The notes under the pieces: generated by a model
Seen by the model: the letters and a program-made list of their open reading frames with translations, nothing else
Told to the model about the DNA's origin: nothing
Database searches by the model: none
Position numbers and translations under genes: made by a program
Shown: positions 8,071 through 16,404 of the stretch, piece by piece
Position numbering within the stretch: the first letter of the stretch is position 1
Layout of the letters: the number at the start of each line of letters is the position of its first letter
Assembly: GCA_965221775.1 (NCBI GenBank)
Contig: CBDCSU010000006.1
Location: 2,464,001 to 2,528,000 of the forward strand
From: Candidatus Latescibacterota bacterium
GTDB lineage: Bacteria > Latescibacterota > UBA2968 > UBA8231
DNA length: 64,000 bases
Direction: 5' to 3'

Positions 8071-9978
8071 ATGAGCACGTCACCCGCCCGGCGCGCCATC
8101 GTCGCCGGCATGGACGGCGCCAGCATGGAGCTGGTGAAGCGCCTGGCCGAAGCCGGCCACATGCCCAACGTGCGCGCCCTGATGAATGCGGGCGTCTGGC
8201 GCCCGATGGTCGGCGTCTTCCCCACCCTCACGCCGCCGGGCTGGACGGCCCTGTCCACCGGCTCGTGGCCGGGGACCCACGGGGTGATGGACTTCAACAT
8301 CCGCCACGTGGGCGAGGGCCTGGACCGCACCCTCTGGGGGATCGACACCTCCCTGTCGCGCTCGGAGTACATCTGGAACGCCTTCGAGCGCGGCGGCAAG
8401 AAGCCGATCCTGGTGAAATGGGAGATGTCGTGGCCGCCCACGGTGCGCCAGGGGGTGCAGGTGGAGGGCACCGGCCCCGGCGTCTCCAACCATCACCAGG
8501 TGGCCGGGTACCACCTCTTCGTGGGCGGCAAGTGGGCGCCGCGGCGGCTGGAGGCCCAGCGCGACCCGGAGACCCTCGACCCGAGCGCCCTGCAGGGGGT
8601 GCGCGAGTTCGATCCCGTGACCCTGGAAGAGGCCCGCGGCTGGATGGGACTGCCCGCCTCGAAGCGGATGCCGAAGGAGGCGGCCCTCACCATCCAGCCC
8701 CTGGCCAGGGGCCGCGAGGAGATGAACCGCGGCCGGGAGGGCACGCCGATGCAGCTGCACGCCCTGATCTACGCCAGCGGCCGGGGCGGCTACGACCGAG
8801 TGCGGATCTGCCGCTCGAAGAACGCGGGCCGGCCCCTGGCCGACCTCGGCGTGGGCGAGTGGAGCGACTGGTGGCTGGACCGCTTCGAGATCGACGGCCG
8901 CAAGGTGCGCGGATACGTGCGCGCCAAACTGATCACCCTGTCGGCGCGGGCCGACGCCTTCGAGCTCTTCATCCCCCAGATCTGGCCGCCCGACGGCTAC
9001 ACGAAGCCGGCCTCCGTGGCCCGCGAGATCGACCGCCACGTGGGCAACTTCCTGCAGAACCCGGCCCGCGACGCCCTCGGCCTGATCGACGACGACACCT
9101 ACTTCGAGCTGCTCGAGTTCCACCACGAGCGCCTCGCCGACGTGGCCGAGTACCTCGCCGGCTCCCGGGACTGGGACCTGCTGATGACGGAGACCCACGC
9201 CTCCGACTACACCAGCCACTTCTTCCTGCGCGCCGCCGATCCCCACTCCGGGGCGCCGCCGTCGGTGCAGCGGCGCTGCCGCGAGGGGGTGGAGCGCACC
9301 TACGCCTCCATCGACCGCTGGATCGGCCGCCTGCGCCGGCTCGCCGGCGACGACACCGCCTTCTTCGTGGTCTCCGACCACGGCGGCACCTCGCAGCAGC
9401 ACACCGTCGTCAACGTGGCGGCGGTGCTGGAGCAGGCTGGGTTCCTGAAATACGAGGGCCGCGGCCGCAACCGGCGCATCGACTGGACGCGCACCCGGGC
9501 GGCCGATGTGGGCCTCGTGCACATCTTCGTGAACCTCAAGGGGCGGGAGCCCGGCGGCATCGTCGATCCCGGGGACTACGACGCCACCTGCCGGGAGATC
9601 ATCCAGGCGCTCCACGACTACAAGGACCCGGAGACGGGGCGGCGGCCTTTCGCCCTCGCCCTGACCCGCGAGGACGCGGAGATGGTGAACCTGTGGTCGG
9701 ACCGGGTGGGCGACGTGGTCTACGCCCTGCGCCCGGAGTTCGACGGCGCCCACGGCAAGCAGCTGCCCTCCGTCGCCTTCGGCATGGCCGGCCAGCACTC
9801 GACCTTCATCGCCGCCGGCGCCGGCGTGCGCCGCGGGGGCCGGCTCGACCGCCAGGTGCGCGTCATCGACGTGGCGCCCACGATCTGCTACCTCACGGGA
9901 GCGCCGATGCCGCGCGATGTGGAGGGCGGGGTGATCTACGAGGCGGTGAGGGACGTGGATTTGCACCGGGTGGGGTGA
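8071..9978 (+). CDS. Alkaline phosphatase superfamily / nucleotide pyrophosphatase-phosphodiesterase
   Basis: GMDGA, PTLTPPGWTALSTG, VVSDHG, IFVNLKGREPGG, IDVAPTI. Confidence 0.85.
   Translation: MSTSPARRAIVAGMDGASMELVKRLAEAGHMPNVRALMNAGVWRPMVGVFPTLTPPGWTALSTGSWPGTHGVMDFNIRHVGEGLDRTLWGIDTSLSRSEYIWNAFERGGKKPILVKWEMSWPPTVRQGVQVEGTGPGVSNHHQVAGYHLFVGGKWAPRRLEAQRDPETLDPSALQGVREFDPVTLEEARGWMGLPASKRMPKEAALTIQPLARGREEMNRGREGTPMQLHALIYASGRGGYDRVRICRSKNAGRPLADLGVGEWSDWWLDRFEIDGRKVRGYVRAKLITLSARADAFELFIPQIWPPDGYTKPASVAREIDRHVGNFLQNPARDALGLIDDDTYFELLEFHHERLADVAEYLAGSRDWDLLMTETHASDYTSHFFLRAADPHSGAPPSVQRRCREGVERTYASIDRWIGRLRRLAGDDTAFFVVSDHGGTSQQHTVVNVAAVLEQAGFLKYEGRGRNRRIDWTRTRAADVGLVHIFVNLKGREPGGIVDPGDYDATCREIIQALHDYKDPETGRRPFALALTREDAEMVNLWSDRVGDVVYALRPEFDGAHGKQLPSVAFGMAGQHSTFIAAGAGVRRGGRLDRQVRVIDVAPTICYLTGAPMPRDVEGGVIYEAVRDVDLHRVG
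8081..8112 (+). repeat. 32-bp direct repeat, copy 2 (within the 5' end of the phosphodiesterase gene)
   Basis: Identical to 6928-6959. Confidence 0.95.
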
Positions 9979-10025
9979 GCAGCGGGCGGCTGCCGTTCAG
10001 TCAGGGCGTCCTCGTGTGGGCGGGG

Positions 10026-10053
10026 TTGACGGTGCTTGTGCAGCCCGTACTCT
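10026..10053 (+). promoter_or_regulatory. Putative sigma70 promoter into a non-coding structured region
   Basis: TTGACG-N16-TACTCT; same architecture as the promoter upstream of the TPP riboswitch. Confidence 0.55.
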
Positions 10054-10055
10054 CT

Positions 10056-10258
10056 CCCAAGTTGGATTCGGAGGAGTAGCCACGCTCCATCGGGTTGAAA
10101 GGTTGGGATGGAGATTCTGCACGCTCCATCGGGTTCAAGTGTGGGATGGAGTCTTGCAGGCTGCCCTCCTTGGGGGCAGGAGGTGACAGCCTCCTCGCCC
10201 CCGCTATAAGCGGCAGATGCCCCCGACCCTGATCACCGGGCCGGGGGCATCGCTTTGT
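10056..10258. ncRNA. Candidate structured ncRNA with duplicated stem-loops (strand uncertain)
   Basis: Nested helices, two repeat hairpins, further hairpins, terminal 10-bp hairpin followed by gctttgt; no convincing CDS. Confidence 0.5.
10081..10157. repeat. Tandem ~39-nt repeat, each unit a CTCCATC...GATGGAG hairpin
   Basis: cacgctccatcgggtt at 10081 and 10120; tgggatggag in both units. Confidence 0.85.
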
Positions 10259-10271
10259 ACGGAGAGAACCG

Positions 10272-10299
10272 AACCTACCGAGGATGATGGCGGGGTCAA
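10272..10299 (-). promoter_or_regulatory. Putative sigma70 promoter, convergent with the one at 10026-10053
   Basis: Minus strand TTGACC-N16-TAGGTT. Confidence 0.45.
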
Positions 10300-10340
10300 G
10301 ATTCAGGAAGGCGCTGGACCCCCCTACCCCTGCAAACGCA

Positions 10341-11414
10341 TCAGCCCTCCAACGCCGGCACGCCGTGGGCCGCCGCGAAGCGCGGGTTCCAGGCCACCGC
10401 TCCCGACTGCACGTCCGCCAGCGCCAACCGCTCCCCGTCGCGCTCGGCCGACGCGTTGGCGCCCAGCACCGCGGCGAGGCTGTTCAGGCTCGGCCCGTAG
10501 GGGCTGAGCGTCGCCGACGGGTCGGCGGCCTTCACCGCGCCGACAAAGGCCTCCGCCTGCAGCGCGAAGGACGCCCGCCCTTCGGCCTCCTCCTCCCACA
10601 CTGTCTCGCCGTTCTCCACCACCTTCGCCGCCGACCACTCGATCAGGGCGTCGTCGCAGACGATCAGCACCTCGCGCCGTCCCGTCTGCACGTTGGTGAG
10701 CACCCGCGAGGTGGTGAAGCTGCCCGTGACCCCGGAATCGAAGCGGTAGTTCACGTCGTACGCGTGGGGCAGGTTCATCGGCTCGGGCCCCACCCCGGGC
10801 TCGCGCCAGTGGTAGAAGGCGGAGACCTGGGCGATGTCGCCGAGCCAGTAGCGCACGAGGTCGACCATGTGGATGGTGTTCTCCACGAAGGAGCCGCCGC
10901 ACTCCTCGTAGCGGCTGGTCCACCAGCGGATGGGGCTGCCGCTGTAGAGCAGTTGCACCTGCGCGTGGCGCGGGGTCAGGGACGCGAGCCGTTCGCGGAC
11001 GACCGCCGACGACGGGCAGTAGCGGCTGTTGAAGCCGACCTGGGAGACGACGCCGGCCTTCTCGATGGCGGCGGCGAACTCCACGGCCTGGGCGATGTCG
11101 AGGCTCACCGGCTTTTCCACGAAGAGGTGGAGGCCGTGCTCGGCGGCCAGCCGCACCTGGTCGGTGTGCAGGGTCGGCGGCAGGTTGACGTACACGGCGT
11201 CGAGGGACTCGCGCTCCAGCATGCGCTCGTAGTCGGTGTAGACCGCCCTGGCGCCGAAGGCGGCGGCTTGCTCACGGCCCGTCCCCTCGCTCACGTCGCA
11301 GAAGGCGGTGAACTCCGCCTCGCCCGCCTCCACCAGGGGTTGCAGGGCGGGCAGGTGGGCGCGCTGGGTGATGAACCCCACGCCGATGAATCCCAGTCTC
11401 ACGGGTGCGGCCAT
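10341..11414 (-). CDS. Gfo/Idh/MocA oxidoreductase
   Basis: GVGFI, FVEKP, VGFNSRY, ENTIHMVD. Confidence 0.87.
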   Translation of the reverse strand: MAAPVRLGFIGVGFITQRAHLPALQPLVEAGEAEFTAFCDVSEGTGREQAAAFGARAVYTDYERMLERESLDAVYVNLPPTLHTDQVRLAAEHGLHLFVEKPVSLDIAQAVEFAAAIEKAGVVSQVGFNSRYCPSSAVVRERLASLTPRHAQVQLLYSGSPIRWWTSRYEECGGSFVENTIHMVDLVRYWLGDIAQVSAFYHWREPGVGPEPMNLPHAYDVNYRFDSGVTGSFTTSRVLTNVQTGRREVLIVCDDALIEWSAAKVVENGETVWEEEAEGRASFALQAEAFVGAVKAADPSATLSPYGPSLNSLAAVLGANASAERDGERLALADVQSGAVAWNPRFAAAHGVPALEG

Positions 11415-12310
11415 CAGGCCTCCTCGATCTGGCGGATCAGCTCCGCGTCCAGGGGTCCGGCGTCCGAAGCGGCGACGGACCGTTCCAGCTCGGCGACGCT
11501 GTCGACGCCGGAGAGGACGGTCCCCACGCGGGCATCCGACAGCAGGTAGCGCAGCCCCGCGTCGGCGGGGCTCAGGCCGTGGCGGGCCAGGACCGCCTCG
11601 ACCCGCTCCAGCCTCTCGTAGCGTTCCTCGAAGCGGCCCTGCTGCCGCCAGTGGTCCCGCCGCGATCCGAGGAGCCCGGCGTGCAATGGCGAGGCGCAGA
11701 TGAGGGCGGCGTCGGCGGCGACGGCGGCCGGCACCAGGGCCTCGCGGGCGTCCTGCACCAGCAGGTCGTACTTCAGGTAGGTGATGACGGAGACGAACTC
11801 GTCCGTGGCGCCGAGCATGCGCACCATGAGATCGAGGTCGGCGCCGGTGAGGCCGATGTGGGTCGCCAGACCCTGCTCGCGCAGCTCGATGAGCGCCTCG
11901 AGGGTGCGCCCCTTGCCGAAGACCCCCTCCCAGCCGGCCTTCTCGGTCTCGTGGATCTGCACCAGGTCGACGCGGTCCCGCTGCAGCCGCTTCAGGCTGG
12001 CCTCGAAGCCGCGCATCACCGTATCGCGCGTGTAGTCGAAGGGCTCGGGGAGGTAGCCCACCTTGGTGGCCAGGAAGAAGGGCTGCTCCACCCCCTTCAG
12101 CGCGTGGCCCAGGACCTCCTCGCTGCGGCCGCTGCCGTAGAGGGGGGCCGTGTCGATGTAGTTGACCCCCAGCTCCAGGGCGCGCTCGACGATGGCGGCA
12201 CCGTGGGAGACGGGCCGCGGGCCGAACTCGGGGCGGCCGTAGAACCAGGCGCCGCCGAGGGCGATCTCGCTGACCTGCCAGCCGGTCTTGCCGAACCGGC
12301 GGTAGCGCAT
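11414..12310 (-). CDS. Aldo/keto reductase
   Basis: MRYRRFGKTGWQVSEIALG, IDTAPLYG, SLKRL, VDLVQIH. Confidence 0.9.
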   Translation of the reverse strand: MRYRRFGKTGWQVSEIALGGAWFYGRPEFGPRPVSHGAAIVERALELGVNYIDTAPLYGSGRSEEVLGHALKGVEQPFFLATKVGYLPEPFDYTRDTVMRGFEASLKRLQRDRVDLVQIHETEKAGWEGVFGKGRTLEALIELREQGLATHIGLTGADLDLMVRMLGATDEFVSVITYLKYDLLVQDAREALVPAAVAADAALICASPLHAGLLGSRRDHWRQQGRFEERYERLERVEAVLARHGLSPADAGLRYLLSDARVGTVLSGVDSVAELERSVAASDAGPLDAELIRQIEEA

Positions 12311-12738
12311 CAGGAGGAGGCCGACGGCGGCCGGGCCTGGCGCTCGCCGTAGGACACGTCGCAGAGGTCGTCGCAGGCCATCTCGGGCGGGACCCGCCCG
12401 AAGCGGTGGCGGTTGCGGGCGATCACGGCATACCCCAGGCGGAAGAGCCAGGTGAGCACGGGCACCCGGTAGAGCCAGGCCACCAAGTGCAGGGGCGGCA
12501 GCCGCCGGTAGATCTGGTAGACGCCGTCGGCGCCGACGTGGACGGTCTCCGCGTCGGGCACGAGCCGCAGGCCGGTGTTGAAGTCGCTGTGCTTCAGCAG
12601 CGGGAAGCGCTCCTCGGCGCCGGGGGCCTGCCGCGGCAGGTACTCGAACTGCCCGTCGCGGTCGAGGCGCTGGATGCGGGTCACGCTCCACCGGCAGAAG
12701 CGGCACTCGCCGTCGTATACGACTACGGGTCGATTCAT
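12310..12738 (-). CDS. DUF393 / DCC1-like thiol-disulfide oxidoreductase
   Basis: VVYDGECRFC and YAVIARNRHR motifs. Confidence 0.85.
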   Translation of the reverse strand: MNRPVVVYDGECRFCRWSVTRIQRLDRDGQFEYLPRQAPGAEERFPLLKHSDFNTGLRLVPDAETVHVGADGVYQIYRRLPPLHLVAWLYRVPVLTWLFRLGYAVIARNRHRFGRVPPEMACDDLCDVSYGERQARPPSASS

Positions 12739-12805
12739 GGTGGGGAGAAAGGAACGGAAAGGATCGAGATTCGCAAGACTTGCCTCCGGTTGCCGCCGCA
12801 GCCGG

Positions 12806-15220
12806 TCAACTCCGGTTCTCTCTACGCTCTCTGAAGACCAGGACCAAAGCTCCTGCAAGGGAGACCGCGGCGAGCAGTAGAAGACTCTTGCGGAGAGGAG
12901 AGAGCCGCGCCGTGATCACGATCTCGTGCTCGCCGGCATCCAGTGGGATGGCCATGAAGCGGCCGGCGGTCTCCATCGGCTGCACCGGCGTCCCGTCAAC
13001 GGTGACCTGCAGATAGGGCCAGTACCCATAGGCCAGGCGCGCATGGCACTTTGCGGAGACAGTGACCTTCATCTTCACCTGCTGATGGTCGACCCGGTGG
13101 GCCAGGACCTGCGCCGTCGGGTTCGTCCCCAGGTCGACGTCGTCCTCCAGGTCCCGGACGAGGATGCGCTCACAGGAAAAGTCGCTCCCGAAGTGGAGGC
13201 CGGTCCGGGTGATGATCCACAGGGCAAGGGCGACCCGATCGTCCAGGTCCTCCCCGAAGCGGGAATGGATGCTGGTGAGATCGACGGTCCTCTCGTCGTA
13301 ACCGGCCAGCCTCCCCGAGACCCTGATGGGGCCGTAGTTGTCCAAGGAAAAGCCGAAACCGGATGTCTTCTCTTCTGATGTGACGATCAGGTGACGTGTG
13401 TTCAGTAGATGGAAACCAGCCCACAGGGAGTTGCGGGCAGGGTGGGCCTTGAATTCCTCGACCGATGCCATTTGCGGCATCAGTCCGTGGGCCCACTCGG
13501 TGAAAGGGCTGGTGAAGGCATCGAGGGTGCGTAACTCGCCGGGATGGAAGGTCTCGGCGATCGGGGTCTTCCCTATGTAGAGCATGCGCGCCAGCCGCAG
13601 GGTCGGGTAGATGCCCTCGGCGATCCACTGGGCCCGGTAGTTGGGCAGGTCCAAGTGCTCCGGGAATGGCTTGGCCCCATCGGTGACCTGGGTGAAAAGC
13701 TCCGGTGGCCAACCCGTGGGTGTCTCGGCAGGAGTGGCATAGGGCTGAAGGAAGGTGGTGGGAAACAGATCGACGAACACCGCCAGGAGCAAGAGGGAGC
13801 ACCAGCGGCTGCCCGTGATTCCCCAGGGAGGGTTCTTCGTGAGCATATGGGCGCCGATGCCGACGGCCAAGGCGAGGAGGAAAGTCAGGAAGAGCAGGTA
13901 GCGCGAGGCGTTGAAGGCATGGATCAACGGCAGGGAGCTGATGGGCGGCAAGCGATAGGCGAAGATGAGCAGGAGCGTAAGGATCAGGCACAACCAGCAC
14001 GCGGCGAAGCGCTTGTCTCTACGTCTCAGCACGGCCACGCCGCCGGCGATGGCAATGACACACAACGAGACGCCCAGGTAACCGCCGTACCAGTGGAGGT
14101 GATCGGGGGGAACCAGCCAGAAGCGAAAGTTCGACCAACTCAGGAGGTGCAGCCAGCTGGGGTCGGGAAGCCCGGACAGGTTCATGGCGAAGTCGTGCAT
14201 GCGGGTATGACCACGCTCGAAGTACATCCCCACGTTCATGTAGGATCCGAAGACGATCCCTAGAGCGAAGAGAAGGACTCCGGCGCGAAGGATTGCCACC
14301 CTATCCGAGCAACCCCAACAGGACCAGAGGCGCACAACGCTGTAGCAGCCCGCCAGGGCCATGGCGAAGGCTCCGTAGCCGGGGTGGGTGAGAGTGAGCA
14401 GGGCCAAACTTGCCCCTCCCAGGAGGGCCGTCGGCATCCTGCGCGGCCCATCGACCACCTGCTCGATCCAGTAGAATGCCCACGGTAGGAACGCGTAGAA
14501 CAGGGACAAGGACAGGCGTCCCATCAACAGGACGTGCTGGGTGTGCCAGAAGCAGAGGGCATAGGCCAGTCCGGCGATGAAGCCGGCGGCGCGCGAGCGG
14601 CAGAGGCTGGCCGTAAGGAGGTACATGCCGATGCCCGAGAGCACGTGGGCGGGGCCCAGGATCAGCTTCAGAGACAGGTAGAAATCGCCGAGAACCAGGT
14701 CGACGAGCCCTGCGAGGTAGAAGAAGACGAAGCCGTAGGTCTGGAAGACGGGAGAGCCGGTGCCGATGTAGAACGTCCAGATGGGCACCTGGCCGTCGGC
14801 GATGGCCTGGGCGGCAATCCAGGAGTGGGCGAGGTGGTGGGCTGCGTCAGCGGCCCAACTCGGCTCGCCGCGGGCGAAGTAGAACCGGCCGCAGACGAAC
14901 AGAGAGGCCGTGAGCAGCCACAGGGTTTTTCCCGGACTGGCGAAGCAGTCCTGCAGGAACGCAGTGAGTACCCGGTGGCGTGCCTCCTGGTAGATAAGCA
15001 GCGCCGCACCGAGGAGGAACAGGATCGCGAGCAGCGCATCCAGAGGGCCGAAGATGATCGGTTCCTCCAGGACGGCCGAGAGGAACCTGCCCCATGTGCC
15101 ATAGGTCTGGCTCGGTGACAGCACCCAGAGCTTGGTCATGGTGACATACTGGATGCAGACCGACAAGGCGCCGAGAGAGATCAGCACCCACAGCGTGGGG
15201 AACTGAATCCTGCCTTTCAC
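12806..15220 (-). CDS. Polytopic membrane protein, YfhO / PTPS-related (GT-C-like glycosyltransferase)
   Basis: Many TM segments, D..HH..W...P.W.FY..G.P.F..Y N-terminal loop, C-terminal 'YWPYLQVTVDG...L.AGEHEI' domain; lower GC than flanks. Confidence 0.65.
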   Translation of the reverse strand: MKGRIQFPTLWVLISLGALSVCIQYVTMTKLWVLSPSQTYGTWGRFLSAVLEEPIIFGPLDALLAILFLLGAALLIYQEARHRVLTAFLQDCFASPGKTLWLLTASLFVCGRFYFARGEPSWAADAAHHLAHSWIAAQAIADGQVPIWTFYIGTGSPVFQTYGFVFFYLAGLVDLVLGDFYLSLKLILGPAHVLSGIGMYLLTASLCRSRAAGFIAGLAYALCFWHTQHVLLMGRLSLSLFYAFLPWAFYWIEQVVDGPRRMPTALLGGASLALLTLTHPGYGAFAMALAGCYSVVRLWSCWGCSDRVAILRAGVLLFALGIVFGSYMNVGMYFERGHTRMHDFAMNLSGLPDPSWLHLLSWSNFRFWLVPPDHLHWYGGYLGVSLCVIAIAGGVAVLRRRDKRFAACWLCLILTLLLIFAYRLPPISSLPLIHAFNASRYLLFLTFLLALAVGIGAHMLTKNPPWGITGSRWCSLLLLAVFVDLFPTTFLQPYATPAETPTGWPPELFTQVTDGAKPFPEHLDLPNYRAQWIAEGIYPTLRLARMLYIGKTPIAETFHPGELRTLDAFTSPFTEWAHGLMPQMASVEEFKAHPARNSLWAGFHLLNTRHLIVTSEEKTSGFGFSLDNYGPIRVSGRLAGYDERTVDLTSIHSRFGEDLDDRVALALWIITRTGLHFGSDFSCERILVRDLEDDVDLGTNPTAQVLAHRVDHQQVKMKVTVSAKCHARLAYGYWPYLQVTVDGTPVQPMETAGRFMAIPLDAGEHEIVITARLSPLRKSLLLLAAVSLAGALVLVFRERRENRS

Positions 15221-15283
15221 GAGGCTGCTCCCAGAAAGGCGAGACGGGTTGTCGGTGAACCGCCGGGGGTGGTGCAGGCCGAG

Positions 15284-16402
15284 CTACGGAACCACCACCA
15301 CCTTCATCGAGCCTTCGCTGCCCGTCACCTCGATGCCCTTCTCGGTCTCGTCCAGGCCCAGGGTGTGGGTGATGAAGCGGTCCAGCGGCGCGCGGGTGCT
15401 CCTGAGGAAGGAGAGGGCCGTCTTGAACTGCATCGCCGGGTAGGCCCACATGCCGCGGATGTCGAGGTCCTTGAAGCAGACCTGGTTCGGGCGGATCTCG
15501 ACGCCGCCGGGGTCGGTGAAGTGGCCCACCTCGACGACGATGCCGCCGCGGCGCACGAAGTCGAGGGACTCCTTGAAGACGACGGGCACGCCGGCGGTCT
15601 CGATGACGATGTCGGGGCCGACGCCGTGGGTCAGCTCCTGCACCTGCTCCAGGCGCTCGTCGAGGGAGGCATCGGCGGCGATGACGTGGTGGGCCCCCAT
15701 GGCCTCGGCCAGGGTCAGCCGCGAGGCGCTCAGGTCGGAGGCGATGATGCAGTCGGTGCCGACGTGGGCGAGGGCGGCGATGACGAGCTGGCCGATGGGG
15801 CCGGCGCCGAGGACCATGACCGACTTGTCCATGCCGAGGCCCTCGGAGATGTGGGGGATGCCCGGCGCCAGGGCGCGCTCCACGGCGCGGGTGGCGACGG
15901 CGGCGGGCTCGGTGAGGACGGCGATCTCGGGCGAGAGGCCCTCGGGGATCTTGAAGATCCAGGAGCGGGGGGTCAGGTGCATGTACTCGGCGAAGCCGCC
16001 CCGCGGCGCCGGGGCCACATCGCTGGAGACGAAGCCGTGGACGTAGCGGTTGGCGCACAGGGCCGGGCGCTGGGGCTGGTGCAGGCAGTACCAGCAGCGG
16101 CCGCAGGCCTGGGAGCTGGGGGTGGTGGTGACGAGATCGCCTTCGGCGATGGGACCGCCGATGACGGCCATCTCCTCGGTCGCCTGCGGCCCTAGCTCCT
16201 CGATGACGCCCACCAGCTCGTGGCCGGGGATCACCGGGAACTGCAGCGGCATGTGGCCGGCGTACATGTGCTTGTCGGAGCCGCAGATGCCGGCGCGCTC
16301 CACCTTCAGCAGGATCTCGTCGCCGCCGATGGCGGGCCTCGGGAACTCGCGCAGCTCCACGGCCCCGGGGCCGGTCATGACGGCGGCCTTCACGGCGGCC
16401 AT
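15284..16402 (-). CDS. Zinc-binding alcohol/polyol dehydrogenase (MDR family)
   Basis: GICGSD, GHE, CGRCWYC...C, GAGPIG. Confidence 0.9.
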   Translation of the reverse strand: MAAVKAAVMTGPGAVELREFPRPAIGGDEILLKVERAGICGSDKHMYAGHMPLQFPVIPGHELVGVIEELGPQATEEMAVIGGPIAEGDLVTTTPSSQACGRCWYCLHQPQRPALCANRYVHGFVSSDVAPAPRGGFAEYMHLTPRSWIFKIPEGLSPEIAVLTEPAAVATRAVERALAPGIPHISEGLGMDKSVMVLGAGPIGQLVIAALAHVGTDCIIASDLSASRLTLAEAMGAHHVIAADASLDERLEQVQELTHGVGPDIVIETAGVPVVFKESLDFVRRGGIVVEVGHFTDPGGVEIRPNQVCFKDLDIRGMWAYPAMQFKTALSFLRSTRAPLDRFITHTLGLDETEKGIEVTGSEGSMKVVVVP

Positions 16403-16404
16403 GG

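Noticed and set aside
10081-10157. Mini-CRISPR array (GTTGAAAG resembles a repeat end)
   Set aside because: Only two units, no unique spacers of proper length, no cas genes
10001-10165. Minus-strand frame with NPMER twice, resembling the IS630 'LNPIE' motif
   Set aside because: No start codon, no other DDE motifs or terminal repeats; explained by the DNA repeat
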